Shown: positions 13,497-23,571 of the stretch, piece after piece | Layout of the letters: each line of letters opens with the position of its first letter | Position numbering within the stretch: the first letter of the stretch is position 1 | Assembly (NCBI GenBank): GCA_965208575.1 | Contig: CBDBOV010000002.1 | Location: forward strand, 128,001 to 192,000 | Origin: Spirochaetia bacterium | GTDB lineage: Bacteria; Spirochaetota; Spirochaetia; SZUA-6; Bin103 | DNA length: 64,000 nt | Direction of reading: 5' to 3' | Made by a program: the position numbers and the translations under genes | The notes under the pieces: generated by a model | Databases searched by the model: none | What the model saw: only the letters and a program-made list of their open reading frames with translations | What the model was told of the DNA's origin: nothing

Positions 13497-14415
13497 GAGC
13501 CCATCCCGTCCGCGCCGCTCGGCTGCGAAGCGTGGTCTTGGGCGCGGCCTCGGTGCCTTGATGGGCGACCAGGCCGACCTCCCATTGGCCGGCGGCGTTG
13601 CCGAGATCGCCCTCGACGAGATCGACACCAGCGGCGATCAGCCGCGGGTCAGATTCGAGGAGGTCCCGCTCGCGGAGTTGACCCGGTCGATCGCCGCGCA
13701 CGGCGTGCTGCAGCCGATCGTGGTGGAACGGGTGGGCCGGCGCTACCGCGTGATCGCCGGAGAGCGGCGGCTTCGTGCCGCCCAGCGCGCCGGCCTGCAA
13801 AGGATACCGGCAGCGATACGTGCATCCGACGAAGACGACCGGCTTGTCCTGGCGCTGATCGAGAACATCCAGCGCGAGGACCTTACGCCCCTCGAGGAGG
13901 CGAACGCCTACCGTCGCATCATCGACGCGACCGGCGTCAGCCACGAGGAACTCGCCGTGCGCGTGGGCAAGCACCGCTCCACCATCGCCAACAGCCTGCG
14001 GCTGCTCGCGCTCCCGGAGGAGATGCGCAACGCGCTCTCGGAGGGCGCGATGACCGCCGGCCACGCGCGCGCGGTACTGATGATCCCCGATCCGGCGGAG
14101 CGCCAGCGGCTGTTCAAGCGCATCGCGCAGTATTCGGTACGCGAAGCCGAGGCGTACGCGGCGCGCGTGCGGGAGCGGCTCGAGTCCGGCGCGGCACGTC
14201 GCGCCGCGGACCAGTCCGGAGGCCGGCCCGGCGCTCGCCCGGCGCAGGGCACCGACCCGTATCTGCGCGACCTTGAACAACGCCTGATTGACGCCCTCGG
14301 CACGCGCGTGAAGGTGACCGGTACCGTGCGGCACGGCAAGATCGAGGTCACGTTCTTCAACATGGACGACCTCGAGCGCATCGACCGCCACATTACCGGC
14401 CGCTCGCCGAGCTGA
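13489..14415 (+). CDS. parB: Chromosome partitioning protein ParB/Spo0J
   Basis: GLGRGLGAL, IAGERRLRA, ENIQREDL, HTH RSTIANSLRLL. Confidence 0.96.
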   Translation: MSKSPSRPRRSAAKRGLGRGLGALMGDQADLPLAGGVAEIALDEIDTSGDQPRVRFEEVPLAELTRSIAAHGVLQPIVVERVGRRYRVIAGERRLRAAQRAGLQRIPAAIRASDEDDRLVLALIENIQREDLTPLEEANAYRRIIDATGVSHEELAVRVGKHRSTIANSLRLLALPEEMRNALSEGAMTAGHARAVLMIPDPAERQRLFKRIAQYSVREAEAYAARVRERLESGAARRAADQSGGRPGARPAQGTDPYLRDLEQRLIDALGTRVKVTGTVRHGKIEVTFFNMDDLERIDRHITGRSPS

Positions 14416-14447
14416 TCGTTTCTGACCCGCGTCCGCCGCGCGCCGGA

Positions 14448-15431
14448 TCAGTCGCGCCGGGAGGCCTGCTCGTCGGTCTCGGTAGTCCTGCGCCGCCTGG
14501 CGCGGACCCATGCCTTCGGCACGGCCGCTCGCACCTCGGCCAGGTAATTCCTCCCGACCCGCACTTCGTGGTCGCCCGTCAGGAGCAGCAACGTCCGTCC
14601 GTCGCGGCGTACCGCGCGCTTGACGTGGCCATAGGCCGCCCAGTAGGAGCGGTGCACGCGCATGCCCAGGTCGCCGAGTTCGGCAACCGCATCGGAGAAG
14701 CGCAACAGGATGGAGGCGCTGCCGGCGGCGGTGATCACGTCCACGTAGTGCGCAGCCGCGGCGAGATAGATGATGTCGCGGCCCAACTCGTCCGGCAGGC
14801 GATCGAAGAATCTCGATTCCTTCGCTCCCGCGCGCCGGCGCGTATCGTCCAACGCCGTCGCCCGCACCTCCGCGGTGGCGGAGGGACGTGCGGAGTGTGC
14901 AGCCGTGGTCCCGCGCGGCGCGTCGTGGGGCACTTCCGCGCCGCGCGCCCCGGCCGCTTCCTCAGCCTCGGCGCGGCGATTGAGCCGTACCCACAGCACG
15001 TAGTACACGAGGGAGGTTGCCGAGAACAGGTAGAAAACGCAGGCTCCGTATATCCTGTCCAGCCGCAGGTCCCGTATCGGGGCGCCCGGAACCGCTTCGA
15101 ACACCGCCAGCACGATAGCCGTGCACGTTGCCCCGAGGACCAACACCATTGCCAGCAAGGCACATGCCATTACCACCGGCCGCTGATCGCGCACGACGTA
15201 GAACGTGAGCACGCAGCATGCATAGCTGATCGGGGATTGCAGCAACGCTACCAGACCGCTGTAACCGAGCCGCTGCGCCCACCCCATGCCGGCGTCGGCG
15301 TAGGTGGAACCGGACACCGCATTCTGCAACAGGAAGTAGCCGATCATTCCGACCACCAGCCAAGCGACCTGCGGCTTGAGCATTTCACGATGCGCAAACC
15401 GCATGCCGCCGACTGCCTCCCTGCTATTCAA
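14448..15431 (-). CDS. Membrane-anchored LytTR-domain regulator
   Basis: About 4 TM segments, then LytTR motifs (AAAHYVDV, GMRVHRSYW, VRVGRNY); start uncertain. Confidence 0.8.
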   Translation of the reverse strand: MNSREAVGGMRFAHREMLKPQVAWLVVGMIGYFLLQNAVSGSTYADAGMGWAQRLGYSGLVALLQSPISYACCVLTFYVVRDQRPVVMACALLAMVLVLGATCTAIVLAVFEAVPGAPIRDLRLDRIYGACVFYLFSATSLVYYVLWVRLNRRAEAEEAAGARGAEVPHDAPRGTTAAHSARPSATAEVRATALDDTRRRAGAKESRFFDRLPDELGRDIIYLAAAAHYVDVITAAGSASILLRFSDAVAELGDLGMRVHRSYWAAYGHVKRAVRRDGRTLLLLTGDHEVRVGRNYLAEVRAAVPKAWVRARRRRTTETDEQASRRD

Positions 15432-15727
15432 GCCCCAGCACCTGCGCCGAATGCGCTATCGTCAACCGCGACGCTCAATCAAAGCCTCCATGTCCACGAG
15501 TATCCGCGCCCGCTCGCTCGGCCGCTGGCAACGAGAACCTCTCCCCAACAACCGTAAATTCTGTAATAGTATAGCAATCTGCGGGTCGTCCTGCAACCTG
15601 TCGCATTGACTCATCGAAAATCTAACCGTAGCGAAAGCATGCCTCATCTAAAAATCTAACCGAACGGGCTGGACCTTCCGGGTCCGGTTGGAGCCTCTCC
15701 GAGGGACGTGAGGAGGTTCCGGAGGAG

Positions 15728-17002
15728 ATGGGGTTGAAGATGAGTTCAAGGCGAGAGCTCACCGAGCAGCACGCGCAGCGGTATCGTCGGGCGGGCAAGA
15801 AGGAGAAGGGGCGCATACTCGACGAGTTCGTCGAGTCGACCGGGTACCAGCGCAAGTACGCGATCCATCTGTTGACCTGGTGGGGACGGACCCGCATGGT
15901 GCGAGTCGACGGCACACTGGTGAAGCTGGTGGTCGGGCGTCCGCGGCCTGCCCAGCGCCGCGTGCGACCGCGGCGCTACGACCAGGAGGTGCTGGTCGCT
16001 CTGAAGCTGATCTGGTACGTGTTCGACTGCATGTGCGGCAAGCGCCTGGTGGTCGTGCTGCGCACCATGCTGCCGACGCTGGAGTCGTTCGGCGAGATCG
16101 AGCTGACCGCAGCGGTGCGCGGCAAGCTGCAGACCATCAGCGCCGCGACCATCGACCGGCTGCTGCAGCAGGAGCGCGCACGGCTGCGCCTGAAGGGTCG
16201 CACGCACACCAAGCCGGGCACCCTCCTGAAGGATCAGATCGCGATCCGAACCTTCGCTGACTGGGACGAGCAGGAGCCGGGCTTCTTCGAGATCGACTTG
16301 GTGGGCCATGAAGGCGGCAACGCGTCAGGCGACTTCTGCCACACGCTCACCATCACCGACGTTGACACCGGCTGGGTCGACCTGTACGGCGTGCAGAACA
16401 AGGCGCAGCGCTGGACCCACGAGGCGATCGACGCTGCCCGGCAGAGCCTGCCGATCGTGATGCGGGGGATCGACACCGACAACGGCAGCGAGTTCATCAA
16501 TCATCATTTGCTGCGCTATTGCGAAGCGCACGGCATCACGTTCACTCGGGGTCGCCCGCATCGCAAGAACGACACCTGCTACGTCGAGCAGAAGAATGGC
16601 CACGTGGTGCGACGGGCGGTCGGCCACCTGCGTTACGACACCGACCGGGAACTGGCTGCCCTCAACGCGATATACCGCCCGCTGTGCCTGCTGGTGAACT
16701 TCTTCTATCCCTCGGTGAAGCTGGTGAAGAAAACCCGCACCGGCAGCAAGGTGCGCCGCATCTATGACGACCCGCAGACGCCGTATCACCGCATGCTGGC
16801 CTCCGAGTCGGTGAGCGAGAAGGTGAAGAACCGCCTCAAGCAGCAGTACGCGACGTTGAATCCGGTCGCCCTCAAGCGCGAGCTGACCAGGTTGACCGAG
16901 GATCTGCTGCAGCTGAACGTCAGCAAGACCGCCAAGGCCGCACCAAGCACGGTGCAAACACCGAGCGAGGAGCGTGGTGGCAGCGGTCGCACGGCAAAAT
17001 GA
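15728..17002 (+). CDS. DDE/integrase-core transposase (same protein as 2660-3934)
   Basis: Identical 424-aa translation. Confidence 0.9.
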   Translation: MGLKMSSRRELTEQHAQRYRRAGKKEKGRILDEFVESTGYQRKYAIHLLTWWGRTRMVRVDGTLVKLVVGRPRPAQRRVRPRRYDQEVLVALKLIWYVFDCMCGKRLVVVLRTMLPTLESFGEIELTAAVRGKLQTISAATIDRLLQQERARLRLKGRTHTKPGTLLKDQIAIRTFADWDEQEPGFFEIDLVGHEGGNASGDFCHTLTITDVDTGWVDLYGVQNKAQRWTHEAIDAARQSLPIVMRGIDTDNGSEFINHHLLRYCEAHGITFTRGRPHRKNDTCYVEQKNGHVVRRAVGHLRYDTDRELAALNAIYRPLCLLVNFFYPSVKLVKKTRTGSKVRRIYDDPQTPYHRMLASESVSEKVKNRLKQQYATLNPVALKRELTRLTEDLLQLNVSKTAKAAPSTVQTPSEERGGSGRTAK

Positions 17003-17161
17003 CCCTCTCAGGCGGGTCTGACGGTCGATAATCGGAGAATGGGCGGTCAGCGATGAGAAAACGTCGCCTCAGCCGCGCTGTAAGGCCCCTCCACGACACG
17101 AGGTGGTGTCTGGATACCCCCGTGTCTATGCATAACCATGCAATTCAGTGCAACTTTATCC

Positions 17162-18704
17162 GCGACCGTAAGCCGGGTGGCGGAGTCCCGGTGCCGTCCC
17201 TGCAGTGCCTCGGCGAGGCGATTGCGGACCGCTGCCAGCCGGCTGCGTACCCGCCTGATGCTCTTTTCCAGGGCCCGGCGCACCGGTTCACGACCCGTGC
17301 GTCGGGCTCCGGCGGCGCAAGGTCATGGCTCGGCAGCGCGTCAAGGTTGAACTGCTCGCGCAGGTACTTGAAGAAGTTCTCCTGCGACCAGCGCGAGAAC
17401 ATGGCGCCGGCGACCTGCGCCAACGGCATCTGCGGGTGCGTGGTGATCACCGCCACCTGACGACCGTTGGCCAGACGCCGCCGGATCTGGCGCACCACCA
17501 GCCCGTTGCGCAGCATGATCGGCTGCTCGGCCAGATCAACCGCAGTCGTGCTGGTGCCGGCGGGACCATGGATCGGTACCTCGAAGGTGTGGAAGTCTTC
17601 CGGCAGCCAGTCCGCGCCGTTGAAGTTCTTGTGCCAGGTGATGCAGGCGATGCCACGCCGGGCCAGGCGCTTGAACAGGTCCGGGCTCCAGCCCTCGCGG
17701 TCGAACACCAGGGTCAGCTGCGGGGTACCGGCCGGTGCTCCGGTCAGGTCGGGGGCCGCTTCGGTCACCACCCCCAGGTGCTGCAACTGCGGCACCACGT
17801 CGTGCTTGATCGCATTCACCGGCTTCGGGTCCAGCGCCTTGTGCAGGCACAGCAGCGGTGCGCCGCCGAGGGCGTTGATCCAGTAGCTCACCGACGCCGG
17901 CAGACACAGCTTCTGGCGTGCGACGAAGTGTTTCGGCAACCGCCCGTTGCGCCCGGTGTACACCTTCACGTGGCCATCCACGGCCAGCGTCGTCCAGTCG
18001 TCGTCGTGCTCGCTGGCCCAGGTACGCGCCAGTACCGATTGCCAATCGCGCACGGTGTGCTCGGCGCTGGCCAGCAGCCTGATCTTGCGGCGCAGCGTCT
18101 TGGTCTCCGGACAGCGGTCGAGGCCGAGGATGGCGCCCCACTCGCCGGGTGCCTGGTAGCGCAGGCTCTCGGGGTTGCGCACCCGGGCCAGGGTCATGCA
18201 GGCGACGAACAGGAGGATGGTGGTCAGGCCGTAGAATCCGGCCGGCAGGCGGAACAGGCGGTTGGCGGCGGTGAGCAGGCCCTCGCGCAGCAGCATCGCC
18301 AGTGCGGCCAGCACGCCGCCGCCAGCGACCGCGTGGGCGGGCTCGACGAACGCTGGTGTGGCCTCGGTCAGCAGGCCGGCTCTGGCGAGCGTGCGGCGTT
18401 CCACGTCGCGCGCCGCGCGGCCCATGGGCGCGTGCTTGTCGCGGGCGTCGCGGCTGGCGCGCTCAGTGGCGACCGCCGGGTCGCTGACCGCGGCGGCGGT
18501 GCTGACCGGGTGATCAGTGGTGGTGGCCGCCGGCGCAACCTCGGCGCTGGCGGCGGGCTCCCGGGTGGGATCTGTGATGACGCCGGCGCGGCGGTTCTCG
18601 TTGAAGGTGCTCACCGGGATGCCGAGTTCGCGAGCGCAGGCTGAGCCGCTCATCCCGGAAGCGAGCAGCTTGGCTGCCTGGTCCGCCATCTCGGCGTCGT
18701 CCAC
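17162..18704 (-). pseudogene. Passenger transposase pseudogene, copy 2
   Basis: Same translation and same frameshift as 958-2500. Confidence 0.75.
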
Positions 18705-19951
18705 GGTGGCCTCCACGGCACCGCGCCGGCTGACTCCGGTCGGGCTACGCCCTCCGTCCGTCAGCGGGGTACAGCATCTCCTCCGCCCCGTTCGATCCCG
18801 ACGGCTCCGGTGTCGCAACCTCGTCGCCTACCCCGTCCCGGCGGTGGGGAATTGTCATGACCCTGCCCCGGGCAACGCACCTCGGTGCAGTTGTCCGGGG
18901 CGCCTCGCTCCGTGCGCTCCGCAGCAACCTGCGCGCCGATCGCGGCGTGGGCGGCATCACCCGGCTCGGCAAATGACTTCTGAGCGTCTCTGACGCCCGT
19001 ATATCCGTGAGCCAGACGGTCGGCGTCAAGAAATGTCGCCTCAGCCGCGCTGTAAGGCCTCTCCGCGACACGAGGTGGTGTCTGGACATCCCCGTGTCAC
19101 CAGCACCGAAGTCGCCTCCAGACCCGTCCGCCCCCTCTTCGGTCAGCGACACGACACGGCACCGACCACCTCCCTGCCGTTGACGCCTCCTCATCCGCGC
19201 CGACCAACCAGATACGCCCCCGGTCGCGTTGGTGTGCTTGAATCAACCCGGCCGGTCGCCCAGCAGCCTATCCACTTATCCACAATTTATGAGTCTCCCC
19301 CCTCGCGCTCCCCCCTCGTTCTCCGCCTCCCTTTCGGTTAGATTCTTACGTGAGGCACGCTCACCGTAAGGTTAGATTTTTACGTGAGGCAATAGGCCTG
19401 TCGAGCACGCATTGCGGGTGCGGGCGTAAAGCATGGAGGTGTCGCAGTTTGCACCGGTTCTGCACCCGTCGCGGCACAGGTTGCGTTACCTGGGATGCAC
19501 GGTGCGCGAATGGTCGGCGGAACTTTCGAGTTGCGTGGATTGGTTTGTCGGTGAGTGGGCTCGCCAGCCAACCGAGTGGGAGCCGGGATCTCGCGGGCCA
19601 GGGTCTCGCGGAGGGGCGGTCGTCGAGGCGCAATGCAGTGCCGGCCCCGGCGCCCATCTCACGTGTCGCGAATTGTCGGCACGAGCTGAAAACGGAGTGC
19701 GCGAAACGCCGCCCGTGATTCGGGCACGATGTGGGTCCTTGGTGAGCACCGAAGCGCGGAGGTGCTGCGTGGGTACACGGTCGTGGACCGCCGGCGCCGA
19801 ATCGCCGGGTCGTCGCGCTTGCCACGGAAGGTGCGGCGGCTTCCCGGACGAGAGGGCGCCCGGCGAGCGCCCGGGGGCGCGGGTAGAGCGGCCCGGGGCG
19901 AGCGGCGGTCAAAGGTGTACACCGCGTGCACGAATGTCGATGGGGGGAGAA

Positions 19952-19980
19952 TTGACAGCCCCGGTGCGGGCACATATATT
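19952..19980 (+). promoter_or_regulatory. Sigma70 promoter of the tRNA/ffs cluster
   Basis: TTGACA, 17-bp spacer, TATATT. Confidence 0.8.
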
Positions 19981-20009
19981 CTGGCACTCGGGTAGCGTGT
20001 TTGAGCCTC

Positions 20010-20094
20010 GGAGAGGTGTCCGAGAGGTCGAAGGAGGCGGTCTTGAAAACCGTTGAGCCAACGTGCTCCGGGGGTTCGAATCCCTCCCTCTCCG
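20010..20094 (+). tRNA. tRNA-Ser(TGA)
   Basis: GGAGAGG/CCTCTCC acceptor stem, anticodon loop CTTGAAA, GGTTCGAATCC, long variable arm. Confidence 0.93.
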
Positions 20095-20122
20095 CAACCA
20101 CCGCTTCGGGCGTGCGCCACCG

Positions 20123-20209
<87 letters not shown>

Positions 20210-20242
20210 AACGGTGCGGCGGCCAGCCGTCGCGCCATGCTC

Positions 20243-20317
20243 GTGCCCATAGCTCAGTCCGGATAGAGCGTTAGATTGCGGATCTAGAGGTCAGAGGTTC
20301 GAGTCCTCTTGGGCACG
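20243..20317 (+). tRNA. tRNA-Arg(GCG)
   Basis: GTGCCCA/TGGGCAC acceptor stem; TTAGA-TTGCGGA-TCTAG anticodon arm. Confidence 0.92.
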
Positions 20318-20378
20318 CAGATGCGAGCGCAGCCTTGTTCCCGCCTTCGGGTGCGCGGGACGTGGTTGCGTTGTGCAC

Positions 20379-20468
20379 GGAGAGATGCGAGAGCGGTTGA
20401 ATCGGGCGGACTCGAAATCCGTTGAGCCGCGTATGCTGGCTCCGTGGGTTCGAATCCCACTCTCTCCG
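20379..20468 (+). tRNA. tRNA-Ser(CGA)
   Basis: GCGGA-CTCGAAA-TCCGT anticodon arm. Confidence 0.93.
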
Positions 20469-20527
20469 CCTCCGGCGGCCGCGCAGCACCCCGGGTCGGC
20501 CGAGGGTGTTGCGTGCGCCGTCGCCGA

Positions 20528-20615
20528 GGAGAGATGACCGAGAGGCCGAAGGTGCACGCTTGGAAAGCGTGTGTACTCAAACCGGGTACCGTGGGTTCGA
20601 ATCCCACTCTCTCCG
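20528..20615 (+). tRNA. tRNA-Ser(GGA)
   Basis: CACGC-TTGGAAA-GCGTG anticodon arm. Confidence 0.93.
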
Positions 20616-20620
20616 AAAAG

Positions 20621-20740
20621 CCCATCTGGTTCGTCTCCGATCTACGCTGTGCTCGTCCGCCCAACCCCGTCAGGACCGGAAGGTAGCAGCGGTAAGCGAT
20701 GCGAGCAGGAGCCGTAATCAATCGGCGGCGGCCAGAGGGC
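20621..20740 (+). ncRNA. ffs: Signal recognition particle RNA (small bacterial type)
   Basis: Conserved TCAGGACCGGAAGGTAGCAG loop in a long hairpin, followed by a U-tract; directly upstream of dnaX; ends approximate. Confidence 0.9.
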
Positions 20741-20763
20741 CTTTTTCTTTTGGGTGAGGGACG

Positions 20764-22617
20764 ATGGCCTACGAAGTAACCGCGACGCGCAAGCGTCCGC
20801 GCTCGTTCGACCAGATCGTGGGCCAGGAATTCGTGGTCGCCACTCTGCGCGGCGCCATCGAACGGCAGCAGATCGCGCACGCGTTCCTCTTTTCGGGGCC
20901 GCGCGGGGTGGGCAAGACCTCGGCCGCGCGGGTGCTCGCGCGCGCCCTGAACTGTGCGGCCGGGCCGACCGTGTCGCCGTGCGACGACTGCAACCAGTGC
21001 CGGGAGGTCAGCGCGGGCGCATCGCTCGACGTGATCGAAATCGACGGCGCCTCCAACACCGGCGTGGACGATGTGCGCGCGATCAAGGACGAGGTGCTGT
21101 TCCCGCCGGCGTCGGCACGCTACAAGGTGTACATCATTGACGAAGTGCACATGCTCTCCACGAGCGCCTTCAATGCGTTGCTGAAAACCGTCGAGGAACC
21201 GCCCCCCTACGTGGTGTTCATCTTCGCCACCACCGAAATCCACAAGGTGCCGGCCACCATCCGCTCGCGGTGCCAGCAGTTCACCTTCCGGCTGTTCTCC
21301 ACCGACGAAATCCGCGACCGGCTCGCCGAGGTGGCGGCCGAACTGAACCTCGAAGCGGACGACGAGGCGCTGATCTGGGTTGCCAAGGAGGCGGACGGCT
21401 CGCTGCGTGACGCCTACACCACGTTCGACCAGATCGCCTCGTTCGCCGGCGGGCGGCGGATCAGCATCGACGCCATCCGCGACACCATCGGGGCGCTGAG
21501 CATGGACGAACTCAACCGGGTAGGCACGCTGATCGGCAGCGATGACGCCGCCGCCATGCTCGCCCTGGCCGACGAAATACTCGAGCGCGGCGTGTCGGTG
21601 GAACGGTTCGTGATCGCCCTCGCCGACTACCTGCGCTCGCTGCTCCTGTTGCGCCACGGCGTCACGCGGCCTGGCATCCTGGGATATCCGGAAGCCAGCT
21701 TCAGCGCCGACGTGCGGTCCCGCATCTCGGTGAGCCGGCTGGAGCTGGCCGGGGAGTTGCTCCTGGAAGTGCACCGCAACCTGAAACAGTCGGTGAGCCC
21801 GCGCTTCGAGCTGGAGCTGCTGCTGAGCAGGCTGGCGCGGGTCACCGGAATGGTGACCCCGGACGAGTTGCTGGCGGAGGTGCACACCATCAAGGGCCAG
21901 TTTACCGGCGGCGACGGCACCGGCACCGGCGGCGGCGACGGCGGTGTCCCCGCCCGGCCGCCCGAGGCGGCACCCGGTGGGGCCATGCCTGCGCCCGGCG
22001 GCGTTGCAGTGTCCGGGGCCGGCACGGCCGCGCCGGCACGGGCGCACCCGCCGCGCCCGGCCCCGCGCCCGGTGCCGCGGCCGGATGGCGCGGTCGCCGG
22101 TGGCGGCCGACCCGACACCGCCGCGCCCGCGCCTTCGTTGCGGGCCAGCGGGCACGTTGCGCAGGCGGCGCCGGCGGCCGCTGCCGCAGACGGAGTGGCG
22201 GTCGATGCCGGCGACGGAACGGCGGCCACCGGCGCTGCGGGAAAGCCGGCCGCGTCCGAAGGGGCGCCGGAATTGCTGCACGAGATCGGGGCCAGTGTGC
22301 GTGCCCAGAACCAGATGTCGCTGGCGGCGTCGGTGGAGCGCGCGGAGGCGGTCGTGGTGACCGACGAGCGCGTGACGATGACGTTCGCGGCCGGTGACCG
22401 GTACCATGGCGGGCAGGTGGCGAGCGCGCAGCAGACGGTGGCGTCGGCGGCGAGCGAGATCCTGGGCCGGCCGGTGAGCGTCGGGGTAGACTATCGGCGT
22501 GACCCGGAGCCGGCCGGGCCGGCCGCGCGCGCGGCCGGCCCGGAACACGCGGATGTCGGGCGTTTTTGCAAGATATTCCGCGGCGAAGTGGTGAAGGAGA
22601 TAGCACATGGCATCTAA
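20764..22617 (+). CDS. dnaX: DNA polymerase III gamma/tau
   Basis: GPRGVGKT, C4 zinc motif, IIDEVHML, SRC; Pro/Ala-rich linker. Confidence 0.96.
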   Translation: MAYEVTATRKRPRSFDQIVGQEFVVATLRGAIERQQIAHAFLFSGPRGVGKTSAARVLARALNCAAGPTVSPCDDCNQCREVSAGASLDVIEIDGASNTGVDDVRAIKDEVLFPPASARYKVYIIDEVHMLSTSAFNALLKTVEEPPPYVVFIFATTEIHKVPATIRSRCQQFTFRLFSTDEIRDRLAEVAAELNLEADDEALIWVAKEADGSLRDAYTTFDQIASFAGGRRISIDAIRDTIGALSMDELNRVGTLIGSDDAAAMLALADEILERGVSVERFVIALADYLRSLLLLRHGVTRPGILGYPEASFSADVRSRISVSRLELAGELLLEVHRNLKQSVSPRFELELLLSRLARVTGMVTPDELLAEVHTIKGQFTGGDGTGTGGGDGGVPARPPEAAPGGAMPAPGGVAVSGAGTAAPARAHPPRPAPRPVPRPDGAVAGGGRPDTAAPAPSLRASGHVAQAAPAAAAADGVAVDAGDGTAATGAAGKPAASEGAPELLHEIGASVRAQNQMSLAASVERAEAVVVTDERVTMTFAAGDRYHGGQVASAQQTVASAASEILGRPVSVGVDYRRDPEPAGPAARAAGPEHADVGRFCKIFRGEVVKEIAHGI

Positions 22618-22930
22618 CCCGCTCGATTTTCTGAAGGCGATTCAGGGTCTGCAGCGCAACATGGGCGACATGGAGGAGAAGCTGCGCGGGGTGCAGGTGA
22701 CCGGCAGCGCGGGCGGCGACATGGTCGAGGTGGTACTCAACGGGCACCTGGACGTGGTCGCGCTGCGCATCGCGCCCGAGGCGATCGATCGCGAGGAGCG
22801 GGAGATGCTGGAGGACCTGGTGCGCGCCGCGTTCACGGACGCCGTCGGCAAGGTAAAGGAGCACCTGCGCGGCGAGTTCAGCTCCGTGCTCGGCGGCATG
22901 CCGCTGCCGCCGGGGCTGTTCGGAGGCTGA
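22607..22930 (+). CDS. ybaB: YbaB/EbfC nucleoid-associated protein
   Basis: GSAGGDMVEV, EMLEDLVRAA; dnaX-ybaB-recR synteny. Confidence 0.92.
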   Translation: MASNPLDFLKAIQGLQRNMGDMEEKLRGVQVTGSAGGDMVEVVLNGHLDVVALRIAPEAIDREEREMLEDLVRAAFTDAVGKVKEHLRGEFSSVLGGMPLPPGLFGG

Positions 22931-22947
22931 CCGACAACGGTCTGTCC

Positions 22948-23541
22948 ATGACCAGCCTCGACCGGGTCATCACCGCGTTGGCCAAGCTGCCCGGCCTGGG
23001 CCGCAAGAGTGCGGCGCGGCTCGCCTACTACCTGTTGCGGGCCGACCCCTCCTACGTGCGTTCGCTGGCCGCTGACCTGACCGCGTTGCGTGAACGGATC
23101 CGCCCGTGTCGGACCTGCGGTGCATATACGGAGGCGGAGCGCTGCGACATCTGTGCGGATCCGTCGCGCGACCCGGATCGGGTGTGCGTCGTGGAGCAGC
23201 CGCAGGACGTTGCCACCATCGAGGCGACCGGCGAGTTCCGGGGCCGCTACCACGTGCTGATGGGCGTGTTGTCGCCGCTCGACGGCATCGGCCCGGAGGA
23301 TCTGCGCATCGACCTGCTGCTGAGGCGCGTGCGCGAGGAAGGGGTCCGGGAGGTGATCGTCGCCACCAACCCTACCGTGGAAGGCGAGGCGACGGCGCTG
23401 CTGCTGGCCAAGCAGCTCCGGGATCTGGGCGTGGTGACCTCGCAACTGGCCCACGGCCTGCCGGTGGGAAGCGACCTGGAATACTCCGACCGGCTGACCG
23501 TGAGCCGGGCACTGCGCGGACGCGTACGCCTGGACCAGTAG
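22948..23541 (+). CDS. recR: Recombination mediator RecR
   Basis: LPGLGRKSAARLA, C4 zinc finger, TOPRIM ATNPTVEGEAT. Confidence 0.96.
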   Translation: MTSLDRVITALAKLPGLGRKSAARLAYYLLRADPSYVRSLAADLTALRERIRPCRTCGAYTEAERCDICADPSRDPDRVCVVEQPQDVATIEATGEFRGRYHVLMGVLSPLDGIGPEDLRIDLLLRRVREEGVREVIVATNPTVEGEATALLLAKQLRDLGVVTSQLAHGLPVGSDLEYSDRLTVSRALRGRVRLDQ

Positions 23542-23571
23542 CGCTTCCGGCCGGCGTCCGCGGCCCCCGGC

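Larger units (their letters stand above)
15602..19396 (+). mobile_element. 3,795-bp composite DDE transposon, copy 2 (inverted relative to copy 1)
   Basis: 5-bp target duplication CCTGT at 15597-15601 and 19397-19401. ORF translations match copy 1 except one visible substitution (723 vs 18939). Confidence 0.92.

Noticed and set aside
21900-22270. Low-complexity Pro/Ala/Gly stretch in dnaX as an insertion or frameshift site
   Set aside because: Ordinary tau linker; the frame stays open and no A-run slippery site was seen
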